Under the pieces are notes generated by a model. The model saw only the letters and a list, made by a program, of their open reading frames with translations, was not told the DNA's origin and did no database searches. Below are positions 38,289 through 47,421 of a DNA stretch of 64,000 bases, piece by piece; position 1 is the stretch's first letter, and the number at the start of each line of letters is the position of its first letter. The position numbers and the translations under genes were made by a program. The stretch spans positions 7,619 through 71,618 of the forward strand of contig JAFSAM010000073.1 of assembly GCA_017441005.1 (NCBI GenBank), in the 5' to 3' direction. The stretch comes from Clostridia bacterium. Lineage in GTDB: Bacteria > Bacillota > Clostridia > Oscillospirales > CAG-272.

Positions 38289-39410
38289 TTGAAAGCAGTA
38301 AAAACAGTATTTCTCACGTTTATTATAATAAGCTTTTTGGCTATAGAGGCACACGCATTCGATCCGCAGAAAATAGAGAATGAAGTAGACATTTCCCCCA
38401 TAATAGAAGCTGTTCCCGACGCTGAAAGAGAGTATATTCCAAATGGCGAAAATGCATTGGATATAGCCTATAAAACAGATACCGGATTCATTATTTCGTT
38501 AGGTCTGAAAATACTCAAAAAAACACTCCCCAAGACTGCAAAAACACTTTGCACGCTACTCTGTTTTATTGTATCCGTTTCATTGATAAACTCAGGAAAA
38601 AACAGTATTTCTTCTCCTTTTTTCGCAAATGCACTTACGTATGCAACACTAACAGCATCAGTCGTTTTTACTTACGGAATTCTAATGTCGCTGTGGGAAA
38701 CACTCGAAATTTATATGACAAGCATAAATACAGTTATCAATGCCATGCTCCCCTCAATGGCATTGATATACACAATGGGCGGCAACGCAACTGCTGCGGT
38801 AGTCAGTACATCCGGAATAACGTTTATTATAAGTATATTAAATGTCATTTTTCAGCATGGAATGCTGCCTTTGATCAAAATCTGCTACGGCTTAAGCATA
38901 GCAGAGGCTGTCGGTGCCATAAACGGAATCAGAGAAATAACAAAAACCGTAAAAAACATTTACACCTTTGTATTGTCAACATCTATGACACTGCTGTCGA
39001 TTTTTTTACTTTTTAAAACCAATATAGCTGCATCCGCTGACGGAGCCGCAGCAAGAACTATTAAATTTGCAGGCAGCTTTATTCCGATAATAGGAAGCGC
39101 AATAGGCGAATCCATAAGAACGGTTATGTCCGGAGTTGAACTAATCAAAAACTCTGTCGGATTTGTCGGTATAATCATTCTTATCGTAATCACACTGCCG
39201 ACATTGTTACATATTCTTACCACAAAAATCTGCATAGATATTTCGTCGGGAATTGCCTCTGTCCTCGAATGCGAAAAAGAAAGTGCGTTACTAAAAGAAC
39301 TATCTTCGATCCTCGGCTTTTCCCTCGCTATAACAGTATGCGTCGCAATACTGCTTTTGTTTGAAATGACGGTATTTATAAGCATTTCTCCGGTCCTGGG
39401 AGGTAATTGA
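38289..39410 (+). CDS. spoIIIAE: Stage III sporulation protein AE
   Basis: 373 aa with a signal peptide plus about 7 TM helices. Position and size fit. Confidence 0.85.
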   Translation: MKAVKTVFLTFIIISFLAIEAHAFDPQKIENEVDISPIIEAVPDAEREYIPNGENALDIAYKTDTGFIISLGLKILKKTLPKTAKTLCTLLCFIVSVSLINSGKNSISSPFFANALTYATLTASVVFTYGILMSLWETLEIYMTSINTVINAMLPSMALIYTMGGNATAAVVSTSGITFIISILNVIFQHGMLPLIKICYGLSIAEAVGAINGIREITKTVKNIYTFVLSTSMTLLSIFLLFKTNIAASADGAAARTIKFAGSFIPIIGSAIGESIRTVMSGVELIKNSVGFVGIIILIVITLPTLLHILTTKICIDISSGIASVLECEKESALLKELSSILGFSLAITVCVAILLLFEMTVFISISPVLGGN

Positions 39411-39877
39411 TGACAGAAATAAAGCAAGCACTGTACACCGTTGCCGTAATAGCTGTATCAGCAGGTATATTTAATTTATTTACACAATCCTCAACACTAA
39501 AAAAGTACACAAAATACGCCTTATCTCTGACTATAACAATATCCCTGCTTTATCCTTTGACCGCATTAGGGGATAATCTGCCCGACCTGTTTTCAGAGAT
39601 AGACATTCCGCAAAACACGCTAACCACTCCGCAAGACGATTATCTGATCTCTGCATTAAAGCAGTCTATAACCGAGGAAATATCAAACTACTTTCAAATA
39701 CCGACGGATGTATTTGAATCCGAAGTTATGACATCAATACATCCTGACGAAATACTGATCGATTCTATTCACATAAAAATAACGGACAAAAGCTATTACA
39801 GATACGCCGAAAGAATCGAATATTACCTAAAAAGCACCTTTGGATGCCAAATTAAAGTGACACAGGAGGCGAAATAA
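39407..39877 (+). CDS. spoIIIAF: Stage III sporulation protein AF
   Basis: 156 aa with two N-terminal TM helices plus a soluble domain; 4-nt overlap with spoIIIAE. Confidence 0.8.
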   Translation: MMTEIKQALYTVAVIAVSAGIFNLFTQSSTLKKYTKYALSLTITISLLYPLTALGDNLPDLFSEIDIPQNTLTTPQDDYLISALKQSITEEISNYFQIPTDVFESEVMTSIHPDEILIDSIHIKITDKSYYRYAERIEYYLKSTFGCQIKVTQEAK

Positions 39878-39882
39878 AATAA

Positions 39883-40344
39883 ATGCAGAATAATATATTT
39901 ACATCATTAAAAAAAAGCAAGGGCATTCTTTTATTGATTGCCGGAGTTTTGTTCGGTGGGATTTTGCTTCTGTCAGATTTCAATTCCCCCACCGAGATGT
40001 CCCCATCCCCTACTGTAACCCAAGATAATGAGGATTACGTTGAAAAGCTCGAGACAAGACTAGAAGAATTGATAAACAAAATAAGCGGCGTATCCGATAC
40101 ACAAGTACTTATAACACTAAAAAGCGGAAGCGAATACGTCTATGCATCAGACAGTACCGAAAAAAACGAAAAGCACGTAATCGTGGAAGACGGACTTGTT
40201 TGCGTAAAAGAATATATGCCTGCAATAGAAGGTGTTGCCGTGGTGTGTAACGGAGGTAATTCACCTGCAGTACGTGCCAAAATAACAGAAATGCTGCGCT
40301 CTGTTTTGGGAATATACAGCACTCACATATACATAACCGAATAA
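39883..40344 (+). CDS. spoIIIAG: Stage III sporulation protein AG
   Basis: 153 aa with an N-terminal TM helix and a C-terminal ring-building block (LEELINKISGVSDTQVLITL...AIEGVAVVCNGG). Confidence 0.85.
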   Translation: MQNNIFTSLKKSKGILLLIAGVLFGGILLLSDFNSPTEMSPSPTVTQDNEDYVEKLETRLEELINKISGVSDTQVLITLKSGSEYVYASDSTEKNEKHVIVEDGLVCVKEYMPAIEGVAVVCNGGNSPAVRAKITEMLRSVLGIYSTHIYITE

Positions 40345-40417
40345 AAAAAGTAATAAAACAATAAAGCAACTCATATAATCTACCATAACAACCTATTATT
40401 ATCGGAGGAATCCCACA

Positions 40418-41038
40418 ATGGAAATAAGATCTCTATGCATCAGCCCGAAACACATCAGCAATAAACTTTCAACAACGTTCAAAAAAACCAAAGAAAAGAT
40501 GAAAAGCAAAAAATTCTGGAAGCTCGACAAGAAAAAAGTTATGGCAGCAAGTGCGGTTCTTTTGATAGGTGCAGCTGTGTATTTAAACTACGTATTCTTC
40601 CTTGAAGATACAAAAGACACTATGACACAAAATGATATCGTATACGAAAACTCATTGGCAACAAACAGCAATACAGACCCATCTAACGAGGTAAACTATT
40701 TTACTCAGGCTGTGATGGACAGACAAAAAGCAAGGGATGAAGCACTCGAAGTACTGCAAATCGTAGTCGAAAACGAAGATGCGCTCGCTTCGTCAAAAGA
40801 CAGCGCTCTTCAGCAAATGTCTAAGATCGCAGAAGACATGCAAAAAGAATCAAACATTGAATCCTTGGTCGTATCAAAAGGATTTGAAGAGTGCGTCGCT
40901 GTTATAAGTGAGGGAAAATGCAATGTAATAGTAAAAACCGAAGGCCTCCAGGCAAATGAAATATCTCAAATAAAAGAAATAGTCTACGAACAAGCCGCAA
41001 TCAATCCTTTAAATATAAAAATTATAGAAAAAAATTAA
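40418..41038 (+). CDS. spoIIIAH: Stage III sporulation protein AH
   Basis: 206 aa with a TM anchor and a YscJ/FliF-like C-terminal domain (ESNIESLVVSKGFEECVAVISEGKCNVIVKT). GGAGG lies 8 nt before ATG 40418; an alternative start is at 40499. Confidence 0.8.
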   Translation: MEIRSLCISPKHISNKLSTTFKKTKEKMKSKKFWKLDKKKVMAASAVLLIGAAVYLNYVFFLEDTKDTMTQNDIVYENSLATNSNTDPSNEVNYFTQAVMDRQKARDEALEVLQIVVENEDALASSKDSALQQMSKIAEDMQKESNIESLVVSKGFEECVAVISEGKCNVIVKTEGLQANEISQIKEIVYEQAAINPLNIKIIEKN

Positions 41039-41050
41039 ATAAAACATATA

Positions 41051-41089
41051 AAAAAACGCGTAATAAAACATTTTATTACGCGTTTTTTG
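41051..41089 (+). terminator. Terminator of the spoIIIA operon
   Basis: ACGCGTAATAAAA (41056-41068) / TTTTATTACGCGT (41071-41083) stem followed by T6. Confidence 0.8.
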
Positions 41090-41099
41090 CGTCTTATAT

Positions 41100-41137
41100 T
41101 CAAAAAATGAAAACAAGCAGTATGCAAACCATACTGC
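41100..41137 (-). terminator. Terminator of the 3D/G5 gene
   Basis: GCAGTATG (41117-41124) / CATACTGC (41130-41137) stem. On the minus strand it is followed by cttgTTTTcaTTTTTT. Confidence 0.6.
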
Positions 41138-41172
41138 CTGAATGTAAAACCGGCTCCGCTATTGCGAAGGGG

Positions 41173-42174
41173 TTATTTTTCTAAAACATAGACTCTCATG
41201 TTACGTCTGCCAAAGGCAAAAAGATCTTCAAGAGTGCCTTCCATATATACGTCAATAATGTTACCCTTTATAGCACTTCCGGTATCCTCTGCAGAAACAA
41301 CACCTATGTCTTTATAAGGTCCTGTAACATAACAGGTACTCCAAAGAGGAATAACTCTCGGGTCAACAGCAATTACACCAACTCTCGCCGGAGTTCCACA
41401 GAATGTAATATCACCGGAGCCGTCCGCTTTTCCATAACAAGTAGCTTGAACGTCAACATAATACGAATAACTGTAGGTTTTTCCGTCTTTTCCGACAAAA
41501 GTACCACCGACACCAACCTCAACTACCTCGGTAACAGGATCAAGAGAAGTAACCTGAGCTACAAGCTCCTCACTGTCATAAACGCCGTTGATGTATTTCT
41601 TTTTGTAAGTGCTTGACAAAGCACCTTCAGCACCCTTGGTAATAACTTTCTTGGTTCCCTTTGGAATCGTCTGGAGCTCAATGGTGGTTGTTTCATACGG
41701 AATAACTGAATCGACAACAACCTCTTCATAAGTGATTGAATCGATAATAACCTCCATACCGTCATAAACAACAGTATCAAGTGAATGATTCACAACACAA
41801 GTATCATCAAGAACGATCTCTTTATCTTCAAGAATCTCACCAAGCTCAACTGACTCAGTTGAAAGGATAAGCTTGTCTCCCCCTCTGTCGATTACGGAAA
41901 AAGTAACGGTGGGTTTAAAACCCGAGAAAACAGAGTTATATGAAGAATACTCAGGAGAATTAAGAGAGTAATCAGGTGTAGCGGCCATTACTGTGTTGTC
42001 AAATGCAATGTTCGCAGCAATTACAGTTGCAACAAGCAAAACCACTGAAAGAAGTATCAGTAAGGATACAAGAAGTTTTTTTCCTGATCTTCTTTCTCTT
42101 AATCTTGAGATCTGTGTACCCGATGATCGGTTGGAATACAGTTCATATTTTTTTAAATTATTCTGAACTTGCAT
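41173..42174 (-). CDS. DUF348/G5/3D-domain cell-wall protein (YabE / RpfB-like architecture)
   Basis: N-terminal TM helix and a G5 domain (TIELQTIPKGTKKVITKGAEGALSSTYKKKYINGV). The C-terminal 3D/MltA-like domain reads ATCYG...GTPARVGVIAVDPRVIPL...VSAEDTGSAIKGNIIDVYM. ATG 42174 follows AAGGAGGAG. Confidence 0.85.
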   Translation of the reverse strand: MQVQNNLKKYELYSNRSSGTQISRLRERRSGKKLLVSLLILLSVVLLVATVIAANIAFDNTVMAATPDYSLNSPEYSSYNSVFSGFKPTVTFSVIDRGGDKLILSTESVELGEILEDKEIVLDDTCVVNHSLDTVVYDGMEVIIDSITYEEVVVDSVIPYETTTIELQTIPKGTKKVITKGAEGALSSTYKKKYINGVYDSEELVAQVTSLDPVTEVVEVGVGGTFVGKDGKTYSYSYYVDVQATCYGKADGSGDITFCGTPARVGVIAVDPRVIPLWSTCYVTGPYKDIGVVSAEDTGSAIKGNIIDVYMEGTLEDLFAFGRRNMRVYVLEK

Positions 42175-42241
42175 ATTCTCCTCCTTAAAAAGTGTACAAA
42201 TGAAGCTGTTAAACATTCATCGGTACATCGGAAACGTGTAG

Positions 42242-42270
42242 ATTATATCATAAAAAAATAAAATTGTCAA
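42242..42270 (-). promoter_or_regulatory. Consensus sigma-A promoter for the 3D/G5 gene
   Basis: On the minus strand: TTGACA (42270-42265), 17-nt spacer, TATAAT (42247-42242). Leaves a leader of about 60 nt. Confidence 0.6.
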
Positions 42271-42297
42271 CTTTTTGATGGTAATATTTGGTAATTG

Positions 42298-42323
42298 GCA
42301 AAATGTTAATTTTAACATTTTGC
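42298..42323. repeat. Perfect 26-bp palindrome (12-2-12) in a divergent intergenic region
   Basis: GCAAAATGTTAA-tt-TTAACATTTTGC. The half-sites are exact reverse complements. Confidence 0.95.
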
Positions 42324-42617
42324 TTTGTGCAATATACCCAAAAGCTAAATTTGCAATAAATAAAACCCCAAAAACACTCAAAAGTCGTTTTTTCAACTTT
42401 AAAATTTCTGCGTTTTGCACAAACAAAATATGCGCAATAAACCGTGTTTTTTCAAATAATACGCCTTTTTTACATCTTTTTTTATCATTCTAATCCATAA
42501 ATAAAGCGCCGGCCACCTCCTATCATTGTATTTTCTTCAATTAACCTTTAGACAAAAAACGCATAATTTGATATTAAGTACCTCCTCGTTCAAATATATT
42601 CAAAGGAGAACAAAACT

Positions 42618-42875
42618 ATGAACAGTACACCCCTCACTTCCCTTTCTCCGGGAGAAAGCGGAATTGTAAATACGATCGACAACTCATCACCAATAAAAAC
42701 ACGACTCCGCGATATTGGCTTTACAAACGGGGCAACAGTCAGGTGCGAATTCGCAAGTCCGTTTGGTGATCCGATTGCATATAAAATAAAAAACACGACC
42801 GTAGCCCTGCGGAAAACGGATGCGTCTGATATATCAGTAATAAAAAAAACAAGGAGATTGATACCATGGGACTAA
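42618..42875 (+). CDS. feoA: Ferrous iron transport protein A
   Basis: 85-aa FeoA/SH3-like protein: LSPGESGIV..I......RLRDIGFTNGATV. AAGGAG RBS. Confidence 0.9.
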   Translation: MNSTPLTSLSPGESGIVNTIDNSSPIKTRLRDIGFTNGATVRCEFASPFGDPIAYKIKNTTVALRKTDASDISVIKKTRRLIPWD

Positions 42876-44818
42876 GCGGAAGCTCGGTCGGCAGAAACTT
42901 ACTTAAAGAAGTAACCGACATAAAAAGCAACTCTAATGACAGGAAAGTGATCGCGTTGGCAGGAAACCCAAACGTCGGTAAAAGCTCCCTGTTTAATCTG
43001 ATCACAAAACTACACCAGCATACCGGAAACTGGCCCGGAAAAACAGTACAAGTAGCAGTTGGAAACGCTGTACACAATGGAAATAATTATGTATTCGTAG
43101 ACCTCCCGGGGTGTTATTCACTTTTTTCAAGATCTCCGGAAGAGGACGTAGCAAGAGATTTTATCGAATCAAACATCGCCGACGTCACAATTATCGTTTG
43201 CGATGCTACCGCACTTGAGCGCAATCTTACTCTTGCTATGCAGATCAAGGAATTGACGCCCAACGTGATACTTTGCGTAAATCTACTCGATGAAGCAAAA
43301 AAGAAAAACATATCAATAGACCTTGACACCCTTTCAATTCAACTAAATTGCCCCGTAATAGGTACCGTAGCACATAAGAGTGACAGTATTGACAAAATAT
43401 TTGACGCACTCGAGAAATATTCACCACCGTCAACCGATGAGAAATCAGATATTAACGAGATAAAAAAAGCCCCCGACAATCCGGAAGCTCAAAAATCTAC
43501 CACAGAAAACACAGAAGAATATATAAACATAATATCCCAAAAAGCCGCTGAGATCACAAGCCTCGCTGTGAAAGAAAAAACTGAAAATACCACTGATCTC
43601 AAAATCGACAAAATTATAACAAACAGGTACTTGAGTTTCGTTATAATCTTTTTTTTGCTGATAACTGTATTTTGGATCACAGTTGCAGGCGCAAATTATC
43701 CATCAAGGCTGCTCTCTCATCTATTCAGCTCGGCAGAAAAACCGCTTTATAATCTAATGTATTCTTTAAAAATCCCAAAAACAATATGCGATATGACAGT
43801 CTACGGTGTTTACCATATACTTACCTGGATCATATCTGTAATGCTCCCTCCGATGGCTATATTTTTTCCGCTCTTTACCTTGCTTGAAGACATCGGATTT
43901 CTTCCGCGAATCGCATTCAATCTCGATAAATGCTTTCAAAAATGCTCGACCTGCGGAAAACAAGCATTGACTACGTGTATGGGCTTCGGTTGCAATGCTG
44001 CGGGGGTGATCGGTTGCAGAATAATAGATACCCCGAGAGAAAGAATGATAGCAATTCTCACAAACAGCTTTATCCCCTGCAACGGTCGATTTCCCGTCAT
44101 AATATCGCTGATCACGTTGTTTTTCATTTCCGATTCTTTCATCGGGTCATCAAGCATTCTTCCGGCTGTAATTCTCGCTCTGTTTATTGTATTAAGCATA
44201 TCAGCCTCTCTTTTGGTGTCAAAACTGCTGTCAAAAACGATACTGAAAGGACTTCCTTCTTCATTTACACTTGAATTACCGCCTTACAGAAGACCGCAAA
44301 TCTCAAAAATAATCATACGATCGATTTTTGACAGAACACTATTTGTTTTAGGAAGAGCCATAACCGTTGCAGCACCCGCAGGATTGATTATTTGGGTGGC
44401 TTCAAACACAACTATAAACGGCTTGTCAATTTTAGAACACATAGCCGATTTTTTAGATCCTTTGGGTAGGATCATGGGACTTGACGGTATAATACTGACC
44501 GCGTTTATATTGGGCTTTCCAGCAAACGAAATAGTATTTCCGCTCATTTTGATGATGTATTCTTCAAGCGGTATACTTTCCGAAACGGGAAACTTGTTTG
44601 CTGTAAAGCAAATTCTTATATCAAACGGATGGACTTTCGTAACTGCACTGAATACCATAATATTTATGCTTTTCCATTGGCCTTGCTCAACAACTTGTCT
44701 GACGGTCAAATCAGAAACAAAATCGGTAAAGTGGACTTTGGTTGCATTTGCATTGCCGACTTTATTCGGTATACTTCTCTGTTCGTTGATAAATCTGATA
44801 TCAAATATTTTGTTATAA
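42866..44818 (+). CDS. feoB: Ferrous iron transporter FeoB (GTPase plus permease)
   Basis: G1 motif GNPNVGKSSLFN, DLPGCYSL (G3) and NLLD (G4), followed by a polytopic membrane domain with conserved Cys residues (CMGFGCNAAG). Overlaps feoA by 10 nt. Confidence 0.93.
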   Translation: MGLSGSSVGRNLLKEVTDIKSNSNDRKVIALAGNPNVGKSSLFNLITKLHQHTGNWPGKTVQVAVGNAVHNGNNYVFVDLPGCYSLFSRSPEEDVARDFIESNIADVTIIVCDATALERNLTLAMQIKELTPNVILCVNLLDEAKKKNISIDLDTLSIQLNCPVIGTVAHKSDSIDKIFDALEKYSPPSTDEKSDINEIKKAPDNPEAQKSTTENTEEYINIISQKAAEITSLAVKEKTENTTDLKIDKIITNRYLSFVIIFFLLITVFWITVAGANYPSRLLSHLFSSAEKPLYNLMYSLKIPKTICDMTVYGVYHILTWIISVMLPPMAIFFPLFTLLEDIGFLPRIAFNLDKCFQKCSTCGKQALTTCMGFGCNAAGVIGCRIIDTPRERMIAILTNSFIPCNGRFPVIISLITLFFISDSFIGSSSILPAVILALFIVLSISASLLVSKLLSKTILKGLPSSFTLELPPYRRPQISKIIIRSIFDRTLFVLGRAITVAAPAGLIIWVASNTTINGLSILEHIADFLDPLGRIMGLDGIILTAFILGFPANEIVFPLILMMYSSSGILSETGNLFAVKQILISNGWTFVTALNTIIFMLFHWPCSTTCLTVKSETKSVKWTLVAFALPTLFGILLCSLINLISNILL

Positions 44819-44821
44819 AAC

Positions 44822-44870
44822 AAAAGATCCGACAGACTTAAATTGAATGTCGGATCTTTCCTTTTTATTT
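44822..44870. terminator. Bidirectional terminator between feoB and dut
   Basis: AAAGATCCGACA (44823-44834) / TGTCGGATCTTT (44848-44859) stem, followed by ccTTTTTaTTT. Confidence 0.7.
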
Positions 44871-45299
44871 CCCCGTAGAGCCGAAACCGCCTTTACCTCT
44901 TACAGTATCGGACAGTTCATCCTTTACTTCAAATTCGACCTTAAGAAAAGGTGTTACGACCAGCTGGGCAATCCTTTCGCCGTTGCTGACTGTCTGCGCT
45001 GTACTACCGTGGTTATGCAACGCAACCATAACCTCTCCTCTGTAATCTGCGTCTACCACTCCGACCTTATTGGCAGGAGCCAACCCTTTTTTGGAAGCCA
45101 AACCACTTCTCGCATAGATGAGACCCGCATACCCTTCCGGGATCTCCATAGAAAGTCCCGTATGTATCAAAACCGTTTCCGAAGGGTTGACAGTCACGTC
45201 CGAATCACAAACTGCATACAAATCCGCCCCTGCTGAAAACTCCGAACCAAAAGTAGGGATAACCGCTCTTTCATCCAATTTTTTTATATTTACCTTCAT
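44865..45299 (-). CDS. dut: dUTP diphosphatase
   Basis: SAGADLY, GLIYARSGLA, GVVDADYRGEV and RGKGGFGSTG motifs. ATG 45299 follows AAAGGAGA. The longer ORF-track start at 45419 would overlap topB. Confidence 0.93.
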   Translation of the reverse strand: MKVNIKKLDERAVIPTFGSEFSAGADLYAVCDSDVTVNPSETVLIHTGLSMEIPEGYAGLIYARSGLASKKGLAPANKVGVVDADYRGEVMVALHNHGSTAQTVSNGERIAQLVVTPFLKVEFEVKDELSDTVRGKGGFGSTGK

Positions 45300-45315
45300 C
45301 TCTGTTTCTCCTTTT

Positions 45316-47409
45316 TTAAAACTTAAACTTAACCTTACCATCTTCGAGGTAAAGCGTCGCATCAAAATTTTTGTTATTCTTAGAAATAAAACCGTTGATC
45401 TTGTAAGTCTCCCCATCACTCAAAAGCTTTTTCATATTTGCTAATGAAATGACTCTTCCGCATATTTTGGAATTTACCGTAAACTTACAGCCGCTTTCTT
45501 TATAACCCGTACAGCCGTAACCGAAACGGGTCCTTACAACATCTTTTCCGCATAGAGGACACTTTCCCGCAACGTCACCGTAAAAGCCGAAATCATTGTC
45601 TTGTTCAGGCGGAAGGCTTCTTTTTTCAAAGACCGATGATATCTCTTTCTTTGCGAGTTCGACACTTTCTTCAATTGTCATTTCATCTCTGTAAACCCTC
45701 TTCAATGCTTTACCAAGCTCTGATGTCTTGTACTTATCCATGCTTATATTCATCATAGTCAATGATTCAATCAAATATTCACCGCCGGGCAGTATGTGAT
45801 AAACGTCTTTTTTCAGTTCTATATAGCCGCTTTTGCGAGCATTGTCAATTATTCCTGTCCTTGTAGCTTCCGTACCAAGCTCAAGCCCCTCAAAGATCGC
45901 CCTGTATTCCTCCTCGTCACTCTCGCTGTCTATATTATTTTTGTCGTCCTTAAAAGGATTTTTAAGGTAATTGTTCAATGTTTCGATGGTATAGTGTTTA
46001 GGAGGCGTTGTTTCCTTTTCAACAGTCTTAAAGTCTATATTTACCGAGTCGCCCTTTTTCAATGCAGGCAAGACCTTATCCTTTTTGGTGTAGTCATCAT
46101 ACTTCGTCCAGCCTTTATCGATCATAACCACGCCTTTAAGCACAAAATCCTCGTATTCTCCCACGGAAATCGTTATCTCAGAACGGTTTACGACGCACTC
46201 CTGCGCACAAAAGACCGCTACAAAACGCCTGAACACAGCAGAATAAACCTTCATTTCATCCTCCGAAAGCTTTTTCTTATCGGGAATGACCATTGTAGGC
46301 GTAAGTGCCGAGTGAGACTCGATCTTTTTATCGTCAAAAATTGTCTTCTTGTCCTTAAATTCAACAGGATAGCCCATCTTACCGATAACATCAAGCAAAG
46401 ATTTTATTCTGCTCTTTTCATTTGTGGCAAGATATTCGGAGTTTGTTCTCGGGTAACTTACATAGCCCTCTTCATAAAGCTTTTGTAAAATAGCAAGACT
46501 TTTTTCCATCGGCATCTTATATTTTTTGCCAAGGTGATTCTGCAGCTTTGTCAAAGAATAAAGTTTACCCGGAGAGACTGTTTCAACCTTCTTTTTTACA
46601 GACTTAACGACAGCTCCTGCATCATTATATTTCTTACAAAGATTTTCAGCATCGACCAACTTTTCCTTTGCAAACTTTTCTTTACTTAAAAGCTCGATCT
46701 CCTCGTCATTGGTCTTTTCGTTGCTTTGAATACCGTAATAGGTTTCAGGCACAAAGTTACGAATAGCCATATCCCTGTCGTATATTGCTTTGACTATAGG
46801 CACTATAACCCTGCCGACACGAAGCAGTGTTCCGCATTTTAAGGTTGCATATCTTGTCAGATTCACACCGTAAAGCCAATCAATATACGTCCTTGCCAGC
46901 CCCTCGTTTGCGAGATTATCATAATAGGACTCATCCTTCATCGTAAAAAGTCCGTCTATAATAGTGTCCGCTGTTTGATCGGGCAGCCAAAGGCGGGTCA
47001 ATCTTTTGGGAGACTCCAAAGCCTTTGCTATACAGATCCTTACAATTATTTCACCCTCGCGATCCGAGTCTCCCGCATTGATTATGGTATCAACGTCGGG
47101 TCTGTTGCATAAATATTTAATTGTATTAAACTGTTTTTCGATCCCGGCATCATTGGTTTTATCGGGATTCCTTTTTAAAACAAACTTAAAATCATCAGGG
47201 AAACAAGGGATATTATCTAAACACCAATGCTTTACGCCGTCAGGCAACGGTTTATAATCCTCTATATCAGCAAGAGAAAAAAGGTGACCGAATGCCCACG
47301 TGACAATATATTCATTCCCCTCGTAATAGCCGTTTTTACCATGCATATCTCCGATTGCAGCGACTATATTTCTGCCCAAACTGGGTTTTTCGGCAATGAT
47401 CAGTTTCAA
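45316..47409 (-). CDS. topB: DNA topoisomerase III (type IA) with a C-terminal zinc ribbon
   Basis: Toprim domain MKLIIAEKPS...DSDREGE, catalytic region GYVSYPRTNSEY (active-site Tyr), C-terminal CPLCG...GCTGYKESGCKF. Confidence 0.9.
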   Translation of the reverse strand: MKLIIAEKPSLGRNIVAAIGDMHGKNGYYEGNEYIVTWAFGHLFSLADIEDYKPLPDGVKHWCLDNIPCFPDDFKFVLKRNPDKTNDAGIEKQFNTIKYLCNRPDVDTIINAGDSDREGEIIVRICIAKALESPKRLTRLWLPDQTADTIIDGLFTMKDESYYDNLANEGLARTYIDWLYGVNLTRYATLKCGTLLRVGRVIVPIVKAIYDRDMAIRNFVPETYYGIQSNEKTNDEEIELLSKEKFAKEKLVDAENLCKKYNDAGAVVKSVKKKVETVSPGKLYSLTKLQNHLGKKYKMPMEKSLAILQKLYEEGYVSYPRTNSEYLATNEKSRIKSLLDVIGKMGYPVEFKDKKTIFDDKKIESHSALTPTMVIPDKKKLSEDEMKVYSAVFRRFVAVFCAQECVVNRSEITISVGEYEDFVLKGVVMIDKGWTKYDDYTKKDKVLPALKKGDSVNIDFKTVEKETTPPKHYTIETLNNYLKNPFKDDKNNIDSESDEEEYRAIFEGLELGTEATRTGIIDNARKSGYIELKKDVYHILPGGEYLIESLTMMNISMDKYKTSELGKALKRVYRDEMTIEESVELAKKEISSVFEKRSLPPEQDNDFGFYGDVAGKCPLCGKDVVRTRFGYGCTGYKESGCKFTVNSKICGRVISLANMKKLLSDGETYKINGFISKNNKNFDATLYLEDGKVKFKF

Positions 47410-47421
47410 TACGTTTGCTCC

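Noticed and set aside
42175-42241. Expected a ydaO/c-di-AMP riboswitch upstream of the 3D/G5 (YabE/Rpf-like) cell-wall gene, as occurs in some Firmicutes and Actinobacteria
   Set aside because: The consensus promoter at 42242-42270 leaves only about 60 nt of leader. That is too short for the aptamer of about 130 nt or more, and none of its conserved ACGGGGA/CCCA-type blocks are visible.
42217-42493. 69-aa (minus) and 72-aa (plus) ORFs in the long feoA-upstream intergenic region
   Set aside because: They are AT-rich with low-complexity translations and no RBS. The minus-strand ORF would run through the mapped promoter and palindrome, so the region is treated as non-coding.
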